In this document: positions 53,213-61,123 of the stretch, one piece after another
Numbering within the stretch: the stretch's first letter is position 1
How the letters are laid out: each line of letters opens with the position of its first letter
Assembly: GCA_043757405.1 (NCBI GenBank)
Contig: JAYVPI010000024.1
Span: forward strand, 16,412-80,411
DNA from: Alphaproteobacteria bacterium
GTDB lineage: Bacteria; Pseudomonadota; Alphaproteobacteria; Rickettsiales; 21-14-0-20-44-7
DNA length: 64,000 nucleotides
Direction of reading: 5' to 3'
The notes under the pieces: generated by a model
What the model was told of the DNA's origin: nothing
Seen by the model: only the letters and a program-made list of their open reading frames with translations
The model's database searches: none
Translations under genes and position numbers: made by a program

Positions 53213-54658
53213 TTAAACCTCCGTCCCCCCTACCGTCATGGAGCTAATCAGCAACGAAGGCTGCCCCACTCCCACCGGCACCCCCTGCCCATCCTTGCCA
53301 CAAGTCCCAATCCCCGGATCAAGCTGCATATCATTCCCCACCATCGAAATCTTCTGCATCGCGTCCAACCCGTTGCCAATCAGCGTCGCCCCCTTCAAAG
53401 GCCGCGTCACTTTCCCGTTTTCAATCCGGTAAGCCTCCGTCGCGCTGAACACGAACTTGCCTGAAACAATATCCACCTGCCCGCCGCCGAAATATGGCGC
53501 GTAAATCCCGTTCTTCACCGATGCAATCATCTCATCTTGCGTATGCGTCCCCGCTTCCATAAACGTATTCGTCATCCTTGGCAGCGGCTTATGCGCATAG
53601 CTTTCCCGCCGTCCGTTCCCAGTCGGGGGCAAACCCATCAGCCGTGCATTTAACCTATCCTGCATCATGCCCACCATAATCCCGTCCTCAATCAAAACAT
53701 TCCTTTGCGTCGGCGTTCCCTCATCATCAATATTCAAAGACCCGCGCCGGTTCGGAATCGTCCCATCATCAACAACATTAACACCTTTCGATGCCACACG
53801 CTTCCCCATCATCTCCGAATAAACGGATGTTTTCTTGCGATTAAAATCCCCCTCAAACCCATGCCCGATCGCCTCATGCAACAACACCGCCGGCCATCCC
53901 GGCCCCAGCACCACCGGAAACTCCCCCGCCGGCGCCGGAATCGATTCCAGATTCACCAATGCCTGGCGCAACGCATCATCAGCCTGCGCCCGCCACTTAT
54001 CGGCTGAAATAAATTCCAGATATCCCGCACGTCCGCCAACCCCATTCCCGCCACGCTCCATGCGCTTGTTATCCTCAACCGTAACCGAAATATTCAACCG
54101 CACCAATGGCCGAAAATCCGTAGCAATCCGCCCATCCCCGCGCAACACCATCACCGACTGATGCTCCCCCGATATCGAAACCGAAACCTGCCGCACCCGC
54201 GGATCCCGCCCACGCAGATAAGCGTCGATGTCTTGCAGCAGTTTCACCTTTTCAGCAAAGCCAAGCCCATGAATCGGGTTAGTTTCAACATATAATTGCC
54301 GATTCTCGATTGACGATTGCCGATTTTTTCCCTTCAATCGAGAATCGGCAATCGGCAATCGGCAATCCCTTCCCTTCACCGCCCCCATCGTCCCCGCCGC
54401 CCGCAAAATCGCCTCCTCACTCAAAACTGAGGAGTGCGCATAAGCCACCGCCTCATCCACCACCCCACGCAAACCAAACCCTTGTGACTGATCAAACGAA
54501 GCGTTCTTCAACTTCCCATCATCAAATACTAAAGACTCACTCTCCGAAATCTCGATGAACAACTCGCCATCATCAAGCTTGCCGATAGAACCAGCAACAA
54601 TGCGAGAGAGCTTGGCTTCGGATGTGTCGGCGGCCTGTAAAAATATATCTTTATTCAT
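53213..54658 (-). CDS. tldD: metalloprotease TldD, carrying an in-frame repeat insertion
   Basis: HEAIGHGFEGD metalloprotease motif and the TldD/PmbA C-terminal domain. Confidence 0.9.
   Translation of the reverse strand: MNKDIFLQAADTSEAKLSRIVAGSIGKLDDGELFIEISESESLVFDDGKLKNASFDQSQGFGLRGVVDEAVAYAHSSVLSEEAILRAAGTMGAVKGRDCRLPIADSRLKGKNRQSSIENRQLYVETNPIHGLGFAEKVKLLQDIDAYLRGRDPRVRQVSVSISGEHQSVMVLRGDGRIATDFRPLVRLNISVTVEDNKRMERGGNGVGGRAGYLEFISADKWRAQADDALRQALVNLESIPAPAGEFPVVLGPGWPAVLLHEAIGHGFEGDFNRKKTSVYSEMMGKRVASKGVNVVDDGTIPNRRGSLNIDDEGTPTQRNVLIEDGIMVGMMQDRLNARLMGLPPTGNGRRESYAHKPLPRMTNTFMEAGTHTQDEMIASVKNGIYAPYFGGGQVDIVSGKFVFSATEAYRIENGKVTRPLKGATLIGNGLDAMQKISMVGNDMQLDPGIGTCGKDGQGVPVGVGQPSLLISSMTVGGTEV
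54294..54368. repeat. 75 nt heptamer-arm hairpin element inside tldD
   Basis: aattgccgattctcgattgacgattgccgatt - ttttcccttc - aatcgagaatcggcaatcggcaatcggcaatcc, read as [25 protein letters not shown]. Confidence 0.9.
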
Positions 54659-54698
54659 AAATTGATCCTATCATGTTTGCTCACAAATTAATAATCAA

Positions 54699-55032
54699 AT
54701 GAAAATTCTACTGATACTAAGTTTTTTATTGCTGGCACTAATAGCCATTTTTTATTTCAAATAATTTTTTAGCACCTAGCCTCGAAGAGCGTAAAGCGCA
54801 AGGCGATAGAATCATTTTAGCTATTGAAGAGTACAAAAAAGAAACGGGTAAATATCCTATTAGTTTAAATGAACTTCACCTTGAAAAGGATTTAGACAAA
54901 TATAAGTCTGACTTCAGCTACCAGCTCAATAAGAATGATAGTTATTTAATTGAATTCGGCTATGGATTTATGAAAGACTGCTTGCGTGATAAAAATTCTC
55001 GTTGGTTAGGGCATTGCAACTCACAGAATTGA
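54699..55032 (+). pseudogene. small secreted or anchored protein gene split by a frameshift in a T-run
   Basis: MKILLILSFLLLALIAIFYFK* (stop at 54762). The next frame then stays open from 54745 to 55032 (..APSLEERKAQGDRIILAIEEYKKETGKYPISLNEL..). The run tttttt lies at 54748-54753. Confidence 0.35.
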
Positions 55033-55104
55033 GCTGTAAAATATTTTATTCCACAGAAATAATTTGCACTTTCCCTTCAAACTATGCTACTATATAAGCG
55101 CATC

Positions 55105-56826
55105 ATGACTGAAAACCCGCCGCCAAAACCAGAGAAAAAACCCGTTGCTCAAGAAGCGATGAAGCGGGAATCTAACTATCTGCGCGGCCAAATCAAGCAG
55201 GAGCTCGAAGACACATCCAACCTCGAAGTCACCGACGCCACCTACGAACTCCTCAAATTCCACGGCTCCTATTTCGGCTATGACCGCGACACGCAGACCG
55301 AGCGCAAAAAGGCCGGGTTGGAAAAAGAATGGGAGTTCATGCTGCGCATGAAATGCCCGGGCGGAAAACTCAAAGCCGATCAATATCTTGCGCTCGACCG
55401 CATCTGCGAACATTTCGCCAACGGCACTTTGCGCATCACCACCCGACAGACTTTCCAGTTCCACAATATCTTGAAACCCGCGATGCGCCCGATGGTCCGC
55501 GCCATAATCGAGGCCGAACTCTCCACCCTCGGCGGCTGCGGCGATGTCAACCGCAATGTCCTCGCCTGCCCCGCCCCCATCAAGGATGAGCAGCACAAAA
55601 TAATGCAGGACACCACCGACCAGCTCGCCGAACATTTCGCGCCAAAATCCAGCGCCTATCTTGAAGTATGGATGGACGAGGAAAAACTCGATTTCGGAAC
55701 GCCGGAAGAAGTCGAGCCAATTTATAAAGACGTCTATATGCCGCGCAAATTCAAAATGGCCATCAACGAGCCGCATGATATGTGCGTCGAGCCAATGGTC
55801 AACGACCTCGCGCTGTTACCGATGTTTGAAAACGGCAAACTACAAGCCTGGAACCTCGCCATCGGCGGCGGCCTTGGCATGAACCACAACCAGCCGGAAA
55901 CCTACCCCCGCACCGCCACCATGCTCGGCGCAGTCGCCCCCGGCGACATCGTCGCAGCGGCACAAAGCATTGTTGAATTACAAAGAGATTTCGGCGACCG
56001 CACCAACCGCAAACACGCCCGCCTCAAATATGTAGTCGAAGAAAAAGGTATGGATTGGTCCCGCGAAATCGCCGAAAAATACTTCGGCAAAAAATTCTCC
56101 CCCGCCATGCCGGTCAAAAAATGGGGCATCGAAGACCATATGGGCTGGTTCGAACAAGGCGACGGAAAATGGTTCCTCGGCCTGCCGATATCATCCGGCC
56201 GCATCAAAGATAGCTACCGCGAAGGCATCCGCGAGCTTGTGAAAAAATACACAATGGACATCCGCCTGACCGCCGACCAGAATATTATTTTCTGCGATAT
56301 CGAAACCGGAGCCAAAGCCGAAATCGAAGCCCTGCTCAAAAAATATGAAATCAAACTGACAAATGAAATCACCCAAATCGACCGCTGGGCGCTCGCCTGC
56401 GTTGCCCTCCCAACCTGCGGCAAAGCCCTGACCGAAGCCGAGCGCATCCGCGACCCGCTAATCCGCGAACTGGAAAAAACCCTCGACAAACACGGGCTGC
56501 TGGACGAAAAAATGACCTTCCGCATAGCAGGCTGCCCCAACGGCTGCTCCCGCCCCTATGTCGGCGATTTCAGCATAGTCGGCCGCATGCCCGGCCACTA
56601 CAAACTCTACATCGGCGGCGATTTCGAAGCCACTAAACTAGGCGCCGAAATCTTCGACAAAGTCCCCTTAGAGGATGTGCCACTAGCATTAGACCCAATG
56701 TTCGCATTATTCGCCGCCAACAAAAAACCCGACGAAGGCTTCGGCGATTTCATCTCACGGTTTGGGCTGGATAATGTAAAAGAAAACGCGAAAGCTGCAC
56801 TAGCCGGCAAGAAGTGGGCAGCTTAA
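55105..56826 (+). CDS. cysI: assimilatory sulfite reductase hemoprotein subunit
   Basis: LKFHGSYFGYDRD and TTRQTFQFHNI, plus siroheme/4Fe-4S Cys motifs (ACVALPTCG, CPNGCSRP). An alternative ATG lies at 55084. Confidence 0.85.
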   Translation: MTENPPPKPEKKPVAQEAMKRESNYLRGQIKQELEDTSNLEVTDATYELLKFHGSYFGYDRDTQTERKKAGLEKEWEFMLRMKCPGGKLKADQYLALDRICEHFANGTLRITTRQTFQFHNILKPAMRPMVRAIIEAELSTLGGCGDVNRNVLACPAPIKDEQHKIMQDTTDQLAEHFAPKSSAYLEVWMDEEKLDFGTPEEVEPIYKDVYMPRKFKMAINEPHDMCVEPMVNDLALLPMFENGKLQAWNLAIGGGLGMNHNQPETYPRTATMLGAVAPGDIVAAAQSIVELQRDFGDRTNRKHARLKYVVEEKGMDWSREIAEKYFGKKFSPAMPVKKWGIEDHMGWFEQGDGKWFLGLPISSGRIKDSYREGIRELVKKYTMDIRLTADQNIIFCDIETGAKAEIEALLKKYEIKLTNEITQIDRWALACVALPTCGKALTEAERIRDPLIRELEKTLDKHGLLDEKMTFRIAGCPNGCSRPYVGDFSIVGRMPGHYKLYIGGDFEATKLGAEIFDKVPLEDVPLALDPMFALFAANKKPDEGFGDFISRFGLDNVKENAKAALAGKKWAA

Positions 56827-56827
56827 T

Positions 56828-57205
56828 ATGAGTGAAAGCTCATACGCGATACTTAGCACGCACCAAACCACTAACTACACAGGCTCTCCATCAACATTAG
56901 CCAGCGACGTATTCGATAAAATTTTTAACCTGTTGATGGGCACACTAGGTTGGCAAGAACCAATTAATAAACAAGTTTTTAAAGCTTCATTTTCAGGAAG
57001 TGGCGAATATAAAATCAAAGCTAAACAATTAGCAGACGAATTAAATAGAGTAAGAATACTTCCACGGGAGCATGCGCGTGAAGTTTTCACCAAGATATTT
57101 GGAATATTAAGCAGAACCAATCCAGAAGCCATGCACCATATTCGCCGATTGGAACAAGCCATGAAAATTTTAGGAATTGGGAAAGTGCGCGAAGGAAAAT
57201 TATAA
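56828..57205 (+). CDS. hypothetical protein, 125 aa, wedged between cysI and the sirC-like gene
   Basis: Starts 1 nt after the cysI stop. Its own stop overlaps the next ATG as TAATG. No motif recognised. Confidence 0.45.
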   Translation: MSESSYAILSTHQTTNYTGSPSTLASDVFDKIFNLLMGTLGWQEPINKQVFKASFSGSGEYKIKAKQLADELNRVRILPREHAREVFTKIFGILSRTNPEAMHHIRRLEQAMKILGIGKVREGKL

Positions 57206-57711
57206 TGCTCCCCGTCACCCTAAACACCTCCGCCCACAAAACCCTCCTCATCGGCACCGGTGAAAAGCTCCGCGCCCGTGAGAAGAAGCTGCGCGAACTC
57301 GGCATCGAAAAACTCACCATCATCGAACCGCCATTCGACAAAATCAATTTCCGCAATTTCGCCTTCGTCCTGATTGTCGGGCTGGATGAGGACACAAGCG
57401 CCAAACTATACAAAAAAGCCAAAACCATGGGCGCCCTCGTCAATGTCGAGGACAACAAAAAATACTGCGACTTCTTCTTCCAAAGCTTCGTCAAACGCGG
57501 CAATTTATTGCTTAGCGTCTCCACCAACGGCAAAACCCCCGGCACCGCAAAAATCATCCGGGACAAACTAGAAGACCTATTCCCCGAAATCTGGGGGGAG
57601 CGCATTGACGAAATCTCTAATAAAAGACAAGAATGGAAAGCCTCGGGCAAATCATATGATGAAGTAAATAACCTAACAAAACAGTATATTAAAGACAAAA
57701 ACTGGCTCTAA
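57205..57711 (+). CDS. precorrin-2 dehydrogenase / sirohydrochlorin ferrochelatase (SirC or CysG N-terminal domain type)
   Basis: Rossmann-like LLIGTGEKLRAREKKL plus the motifs VNVEDNKKYCDFFFQSFVKRGNLLLSVSTNGKTPG. Confidence 0.7.
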   Translation: MLPVTLNTSAHKTLLIGTGEKLRAREKKLRELGIEKLTIIEPPFDKINFRNFAFVLIVGLDEDTSAKLYKKAKTMGALVNVEDNKKYCDFFFQSFVKRGNLLLSVSTNGKTPGTAKIIRDKLEDLFPEIWGERIDEISNKRQEWKASGKSYDEVNNLTKQYIKDKNWL

Positions 57712-57720
57712 CCCAACCCC

Positions 57721-57798
57721 CGTCATTGCGAGCGAAGCGCGGCAATCCAGGGTCACGGGCGCCAACCCTGGATTGCTTCGCTAATGCTCGCAATGACG
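57721..57798. repeat. CGTCAT-type palindromic element (P7)
   Basis: cgtcattgcgagcgaagcgcggcaatccaggg ... ccctggattgcttcgctaatgctcgcaatgacg. Confidence 0.9.
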
Positions 57799-57856
57799 AT
57801 ATCTACAGATGAACCATGTGGAAATAAATATTTCACATAAATTCCTTGCATTTCTA

Positions 57857-57865
57857 TGCTATAAT
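57857..57865 (+). promoter_or_regulatory. candidate extended -10 promoter (TGCTATAAT) upstream of cysH
   Basis: TGnTATAAT is matched exactly about 90 nt upstream of the cysH ATG. No good -35 element is present. Confidence 0.3.
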
Positions 57866-57886
57866 CCTATATAAACCTAACCCAAT

Positions 57887-57948
57887 CAGTCGGTAGTCCG
57901 TAGCTTATAGTCTGTAGCTACAGACCACAGACTACAGCCAACAGACTA
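57887..57948. repeat. hairpin element with heptamer arms (TAGTCTG / CAGACTA)
   Basis: cagtcggtagtccgtagcttatagtctgtag|ctacagaccacagactacagccaacagacta. It ends 4 nt before the cysH ATG. Confidence 0.85.
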
Positions 57949-57952
57949 ACCC

Positions 57953-58729
57953 ATGCTAGATTCCCTCCAAGGCCTCAACGCCGCCACCGAAAAACAAAAA
58001 GACCGCCTGACGCGGCTAGAGGCGTTCTATGCCGATATGGACACGCGCCAGCTCATCAAAACCATGCTGCATAAGGAATTCAAAAACGAAATCGCCCTCT
58101 TCTCCAGCTTCGGCGCTGATTCGGCATTGCTGATTTCCTTAATCGCCGAAATCGACCCAAGCGCCCCAATCCTTTTCCTCGACACCGAAAAACATTTCAA
58201 GGAAACACTGGAATATGTCGAAACCTTAGCAACGCAATTCGGCCTCAAAGACATCCGCATCCTGAAACCCGACCCCAACATCGTCAAAAACATCGATCCA
58301 AATGGCGATCTTTGGAGTAAGCAACCCAACCGCTGCTGCTGGATGCGCAAAGTCGAGCCGCTGCAGCGTGCTGTCCGCGAAATGGGCATCCACGCCCTCA
58401 TAACAGGGCGCAAACGCTACCAGACCGACGAGCGCCAGGACATGGGTTATTTCCAAATCGACGAAGACGGCGTCTTCCGCATCAATCCGCTCGCCTTCTG
58501 GACACGTGAGCAAATCAAAGAGGAATTCGCCAAACGCAACCTGCCGAAACACCCGCTAGTCGCTTCAGGCTACAAATCCATCGGCTGCCAACCCTGCACC
58601 TTGCCGGTGGCGGAAGGCCAAAACGAACGCGACGGAAGATGGGCGCATACGATGAACCTGTACGGAGAGAAAAAGAACGAGTGCGGGTTGCATTTGGATA
58701 AGCATACGACTAGTGAGTGGAGCGTTTAA
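57953..58729 (+). CDS. cysH: phosphoadenosine phosphosulfate (or APS) reductase
   Basis: PAPS-reductase fold (ALFSSFGADSALL) with C-terminal Cys motifs CCWMRKVEP and KSIGCQPCT. Confidence 0.85.
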   Translation: MLDSLQGLNAATEKQKDRLTRLEAFYADMDTRQLIKTMLHKEFKNEIALFSSFGADSALLISLIAEIDPSAPILFLDTEKHFKETLEYVETLATQFGLKDIRILKPDPNIVKNIDPNGDLWSKQPNRCCWMRKVEPLQRAVREMGIHALITGRKRYQTDERQDMGYFQIDEDGVFRINPLAFWTREQIKEEFAKRNLPKHPLVASGYKSIGCQPCTLPVAEGQNERDGRWAHTMNLYGEKKNECGLHLDKHTTSEWSV

Positions 58730-59253
58730 TGTCAAATCATGCAGAACTTGGTAGCTACAACAATGAGAGCGCCGTCCGCATTTTGAGAAAGCCTTTTCAA
58801 TATGGCGAAATGCTCATGGATATCGCCATGATTTTTAATCAGCCAGTTTATTTGAGCCAATTCCCAGCAATTGAAGACTTAGCAAACCAACTTAGAGACT
58901 TCGGTGAGAACAAAGTTGGGCCAATGCGTGGAAGTTTTGACAATATAAAAACTGCCGATGCGGCCATTGTAATTGCATTTCATAGGGCCAAACAATTCCT
59001 AACTTCATTCGTAGAAAATGACCAATATGGTCGCATATTTTTTACAGTTGAAAGTATGGAGTTAGAACCATCACAATTCCCAAAAAGCACCGGCCCCGCC
59101 CGTATCGAATTCCTCGACCATATAATTTCCCACACCCCAAAGGTGACTTATACTTTATCATCCGAAGATGAAGCCTTATTGCAAACAATCGCCGAAGGTT
59201 TAAGAAAACAACCCCCAACCCGTAATAAAACTGAAGAAGTAAGAGCATTATGA
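58729..59253 (+). CDS. hypothetical protein, 174 aa, wedged between cysH and cysD
   Basis: TAATG overlap with the cysH stop and ATGA overlap with the cysD start. More A+T-rich than its neighbours. No motif recognised. Confidence 0.45.
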   Translation: MSNHAELGSYNNESAVRILRKPFQYGEMLMDIAMIFNQPVYLSQFPAIEDLANQLRDFGENKVGPMRGSFDNIKTADAAIVIAFHRAKQFLTSFVENDQYGRIFFTVESMELEPSQFPKSTGPARIEFLDHIISHTPKVTYTLSSEDEALLQTIAEGLRKQPPTRNKTEEVRAL

Positions 59254-60125
59254 CAAATCAAAAATCAGCAATCGGCAATCAGCAATCGGCAATGGACCAC
59301 CTCGACAAACTCGAGGCCGAATCCATCTACATCTTCCGCGAAGCCTTCCACAAAATCAAAAAGCTCGGTATGTTGTGGAGTTTCGGCAAAGACTCCAACG
59401 TCATGTGCTGGCTGGCGATGAAAGCTTTCTACGGCAAAATCCCATTCCCATTGATCCAGCTCGACACCGAATTGGAAATGGACGAAGTTTACGCCTTCCG
59501 TGACCATTATAAAAAAGAATGGAACGTCAACCTCATCCAGGAAATCTGCCCGCCATATGAATCCACCGATCCATCTCTCCCACACAGCGCCCGCATCGCC
59601 GCCCGCAAAACCGGCGGCTTGAAACAAGTCCTCGACCGCGAACGCTTCGACGGAATCATCGCCGGCATCCGCCGCGACGAGGAAGGCACCCGCGCCAAAG
59701 AACGCTATTTCTCCCCCCGCGGCGTCGATAATGATTGGAACGTAAAAGACCAACCCCCAGAATTCTGGGGCCAATACATGACCGATTTCCCTCCGGGAAC
59801 GCATGTCCGCATCCACCCGCTTTTGCACTGGACCGAGCTAGACGTCTGGCTCTACATCAAACGCGAGGGCCTGCCAATCGTGCCATTATATTTTGCCAAA
59901 CCCTACAACGAATTCTACGGCGAAGATTACAAGGGCGCGATGATGCGCTTTAGGTCATTGGGCGAAAAAGGCATCACCTATCCGCTACCATCCACCGCCA
60001 CCAACATTGACGAAATCATTGAAGAATTGAAGACCACCAAAGTCTCCGAACGCGCCGGAAGACCAATGGGTGGGAATGAAGATGAGTCGAGTTTTGAGAG
60101 ATTGAGAGCTGCCGGATACATGTAA
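59250..60125 (+). CDS. cysD: sulfate adenylyltransferase subunit 2
   Basis: LEAESIYIFRE and WSFGKDS (PP-loop), plus the RRDEEGTRAKER motif. Confidence 0.9.
   Translation: MTNQKSAIGNQQSAMDHLDKLEAESIYIFREAFHKIKKLGMLWSFGKDSNVMCWLAMKAFYGKIPFPLIQLDTELEMDEVYAFRDHYKKEWNVNLIQEICPPYESTDPSLPHSARIAARKTGGLKQVLDRERFDGIIAGIRRDEEGTRAKERYFSPRGVDNDWNVKDQPPEFWGQYMTDFPPGTHVRIHPLLHWTELDVWLYIKREGLPIVPLYFAKPYNEFYGEDYKGAMMRFRSLGEKGITYPLPSTATNIDEIIEELKTTKVSERAGRPMGGNEDESSFERLRAAGYM
59255..59293. repeat. tandem heptamer array (AATCRGC)n forming the first codons of cysD
   Basis: aaatcaaaaatcagcaatcggcaatcagcaatcggcaatg, read as NQKSAIGNQQSAM. Confidence 0.9.
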
Positions 60126-60134
60126 CACCAACCT

Positions 60135-60167
60135 TGTCATCCTCGGGCTCAACCCGAGGATCCAGGG
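60135..60167. repeat. solo half of a CGTCAT-type element (P8)
   Basis: tgtcatcctcgggctcaacccgaggatccaggg matches either arm of the 63793-63882 element. Confidence 0.8.
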
Positions 60168-60188
60168 CTAACGGACTGAGAACTAAAT

Positions 60189-60449
60189 ATGAAAAAATTG
60201 TTACTAGCTTATACGAAAACAAAAATCGCTTTCTCGCTTTTATTCACAGTGATAATAGGCTCCATCATTCTTGACCACAATCCACAAAACGAATTTTGTA
60301 TTACAACTCCTAATGCATGTGAAAGCATCTTTAATCTTACAAAAGCCTTCTTTATTTTTGAAGCCGTATTTTTTATCGAATGTTTTGCAGTCTCAACTAT
60401 TTTAATTTCAATCTATCTTTTCATCACTAAAAAATTAAAGAAAAAATAA
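60189..60449 (+). CDS. small membrane protein, 86 aa
   Basis: Three hydrophobic segments and A+T-rich sequence. TAATG overlap with the next ORF. Confidence 0.4.
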   Translation: MKKLLLAYTKTKIAFSLLFTVIIGSIILDHNPQNEFCITTPNACESIFNLTKAFFIFEAVFFIECFAVSTILISIYLFITKKLKKK

Positions 60450-61009
60450 TGCCCAACCTCTACATCATAGCCGGACCGAACGGCGCGGGGAAAACGACGA
60501 TAGCTCTAAGTGCGGTGAGAGCGTTCGGCTGCAAGGAATTCGTCAATGCAGATTTGATTGCCTCCGGCCTTTCACCCTTAGCTCCTGAAAAATCTGCAAT
60601 CCATGCGGGCAGGATAATGCTAGAAAGACTTGATACTTTAATTAAGGCCAATGCGACCTTCGCTTTTGAAACGACTTTGGCTTCGCGTCATTTAGTGAAT
60701 CTTATCAAGTTAGCGCGAAAACAAGGTTATGAAATCAATCTTATTTTTGTGCGTCTTGAAAATGCAGAACTTGCCTTGAAACGAGTTAAGCTGCGGGTTT
60801 CCAAGGGCGGCCATAATATCGAGCCCAAAGTTATAAAGCGGAGATTCAAACGCGGGTTGGAGAATTTTTTCTCTCTCTATTCCGATATTGCCAATAATTG
60901 GGTATTATTGGATAACTCTGAAACACCGATCATCGTTGCCGAATCAAACAATAAAATATTAAAAATCCACAAGGAGGAAATATGGCGAAAGCTAAAAAGC
61001 AAAAAGTAA
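60449..61009 (+). CDS. zeta-toxin-like P-loop kinase/ATPase (COG4185-type)
   Basis: Walker A in YIIAGPNGAGKTT and the overall ~185 aa zeta/AAA_33-like pattern (FVNADLIA.., FETTLASR). Confidence 0.7.
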   Translation: MPNLYIIAGPNGAGKTTIALSAVRAFGCKEFVNADLIASGLSPLAPEKSAIHAGRIMLERLDTLIKANATFAFETTLASRHLVNLIKLARKQGYEINLIFVRLENAELALKRVKLRVSKGGHNIEPKVIKRRFKRGLENFFSLYSDIANNWVLLDNSETPIIVAESNNKILKIHKEEIWRKLKSKK

Positions 61010-61122
61010 AGCCAAAAAGTTTTGGCAGCGAAGTGTTAAAAATTGCCCGCAGGGCGGTTAAAAAGACTCTTGCCGAAAACGACCTTCTTCTAAAACTACA
61101 AAAAATCCGAACCAGTAAATAA
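60982..61122 (+). CDS. possible small basic ORF (46 aa) overlapping the 3-prime end of the zeta-like gene
   Basis: The strong Shine-Dalgarno sequence aaggagga lies 4 nt upstream of the ATG at 60982. Encodes [28 protein letters not shown]... and ends 1 nt before the cysN ATG. Confidence 0.3.
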   Translation: MAKAKKQKVKPKSFGSEVLKIARRAVKKTLAENDLLLKLQKIRTSK

Positions 61123-61123
61123 C

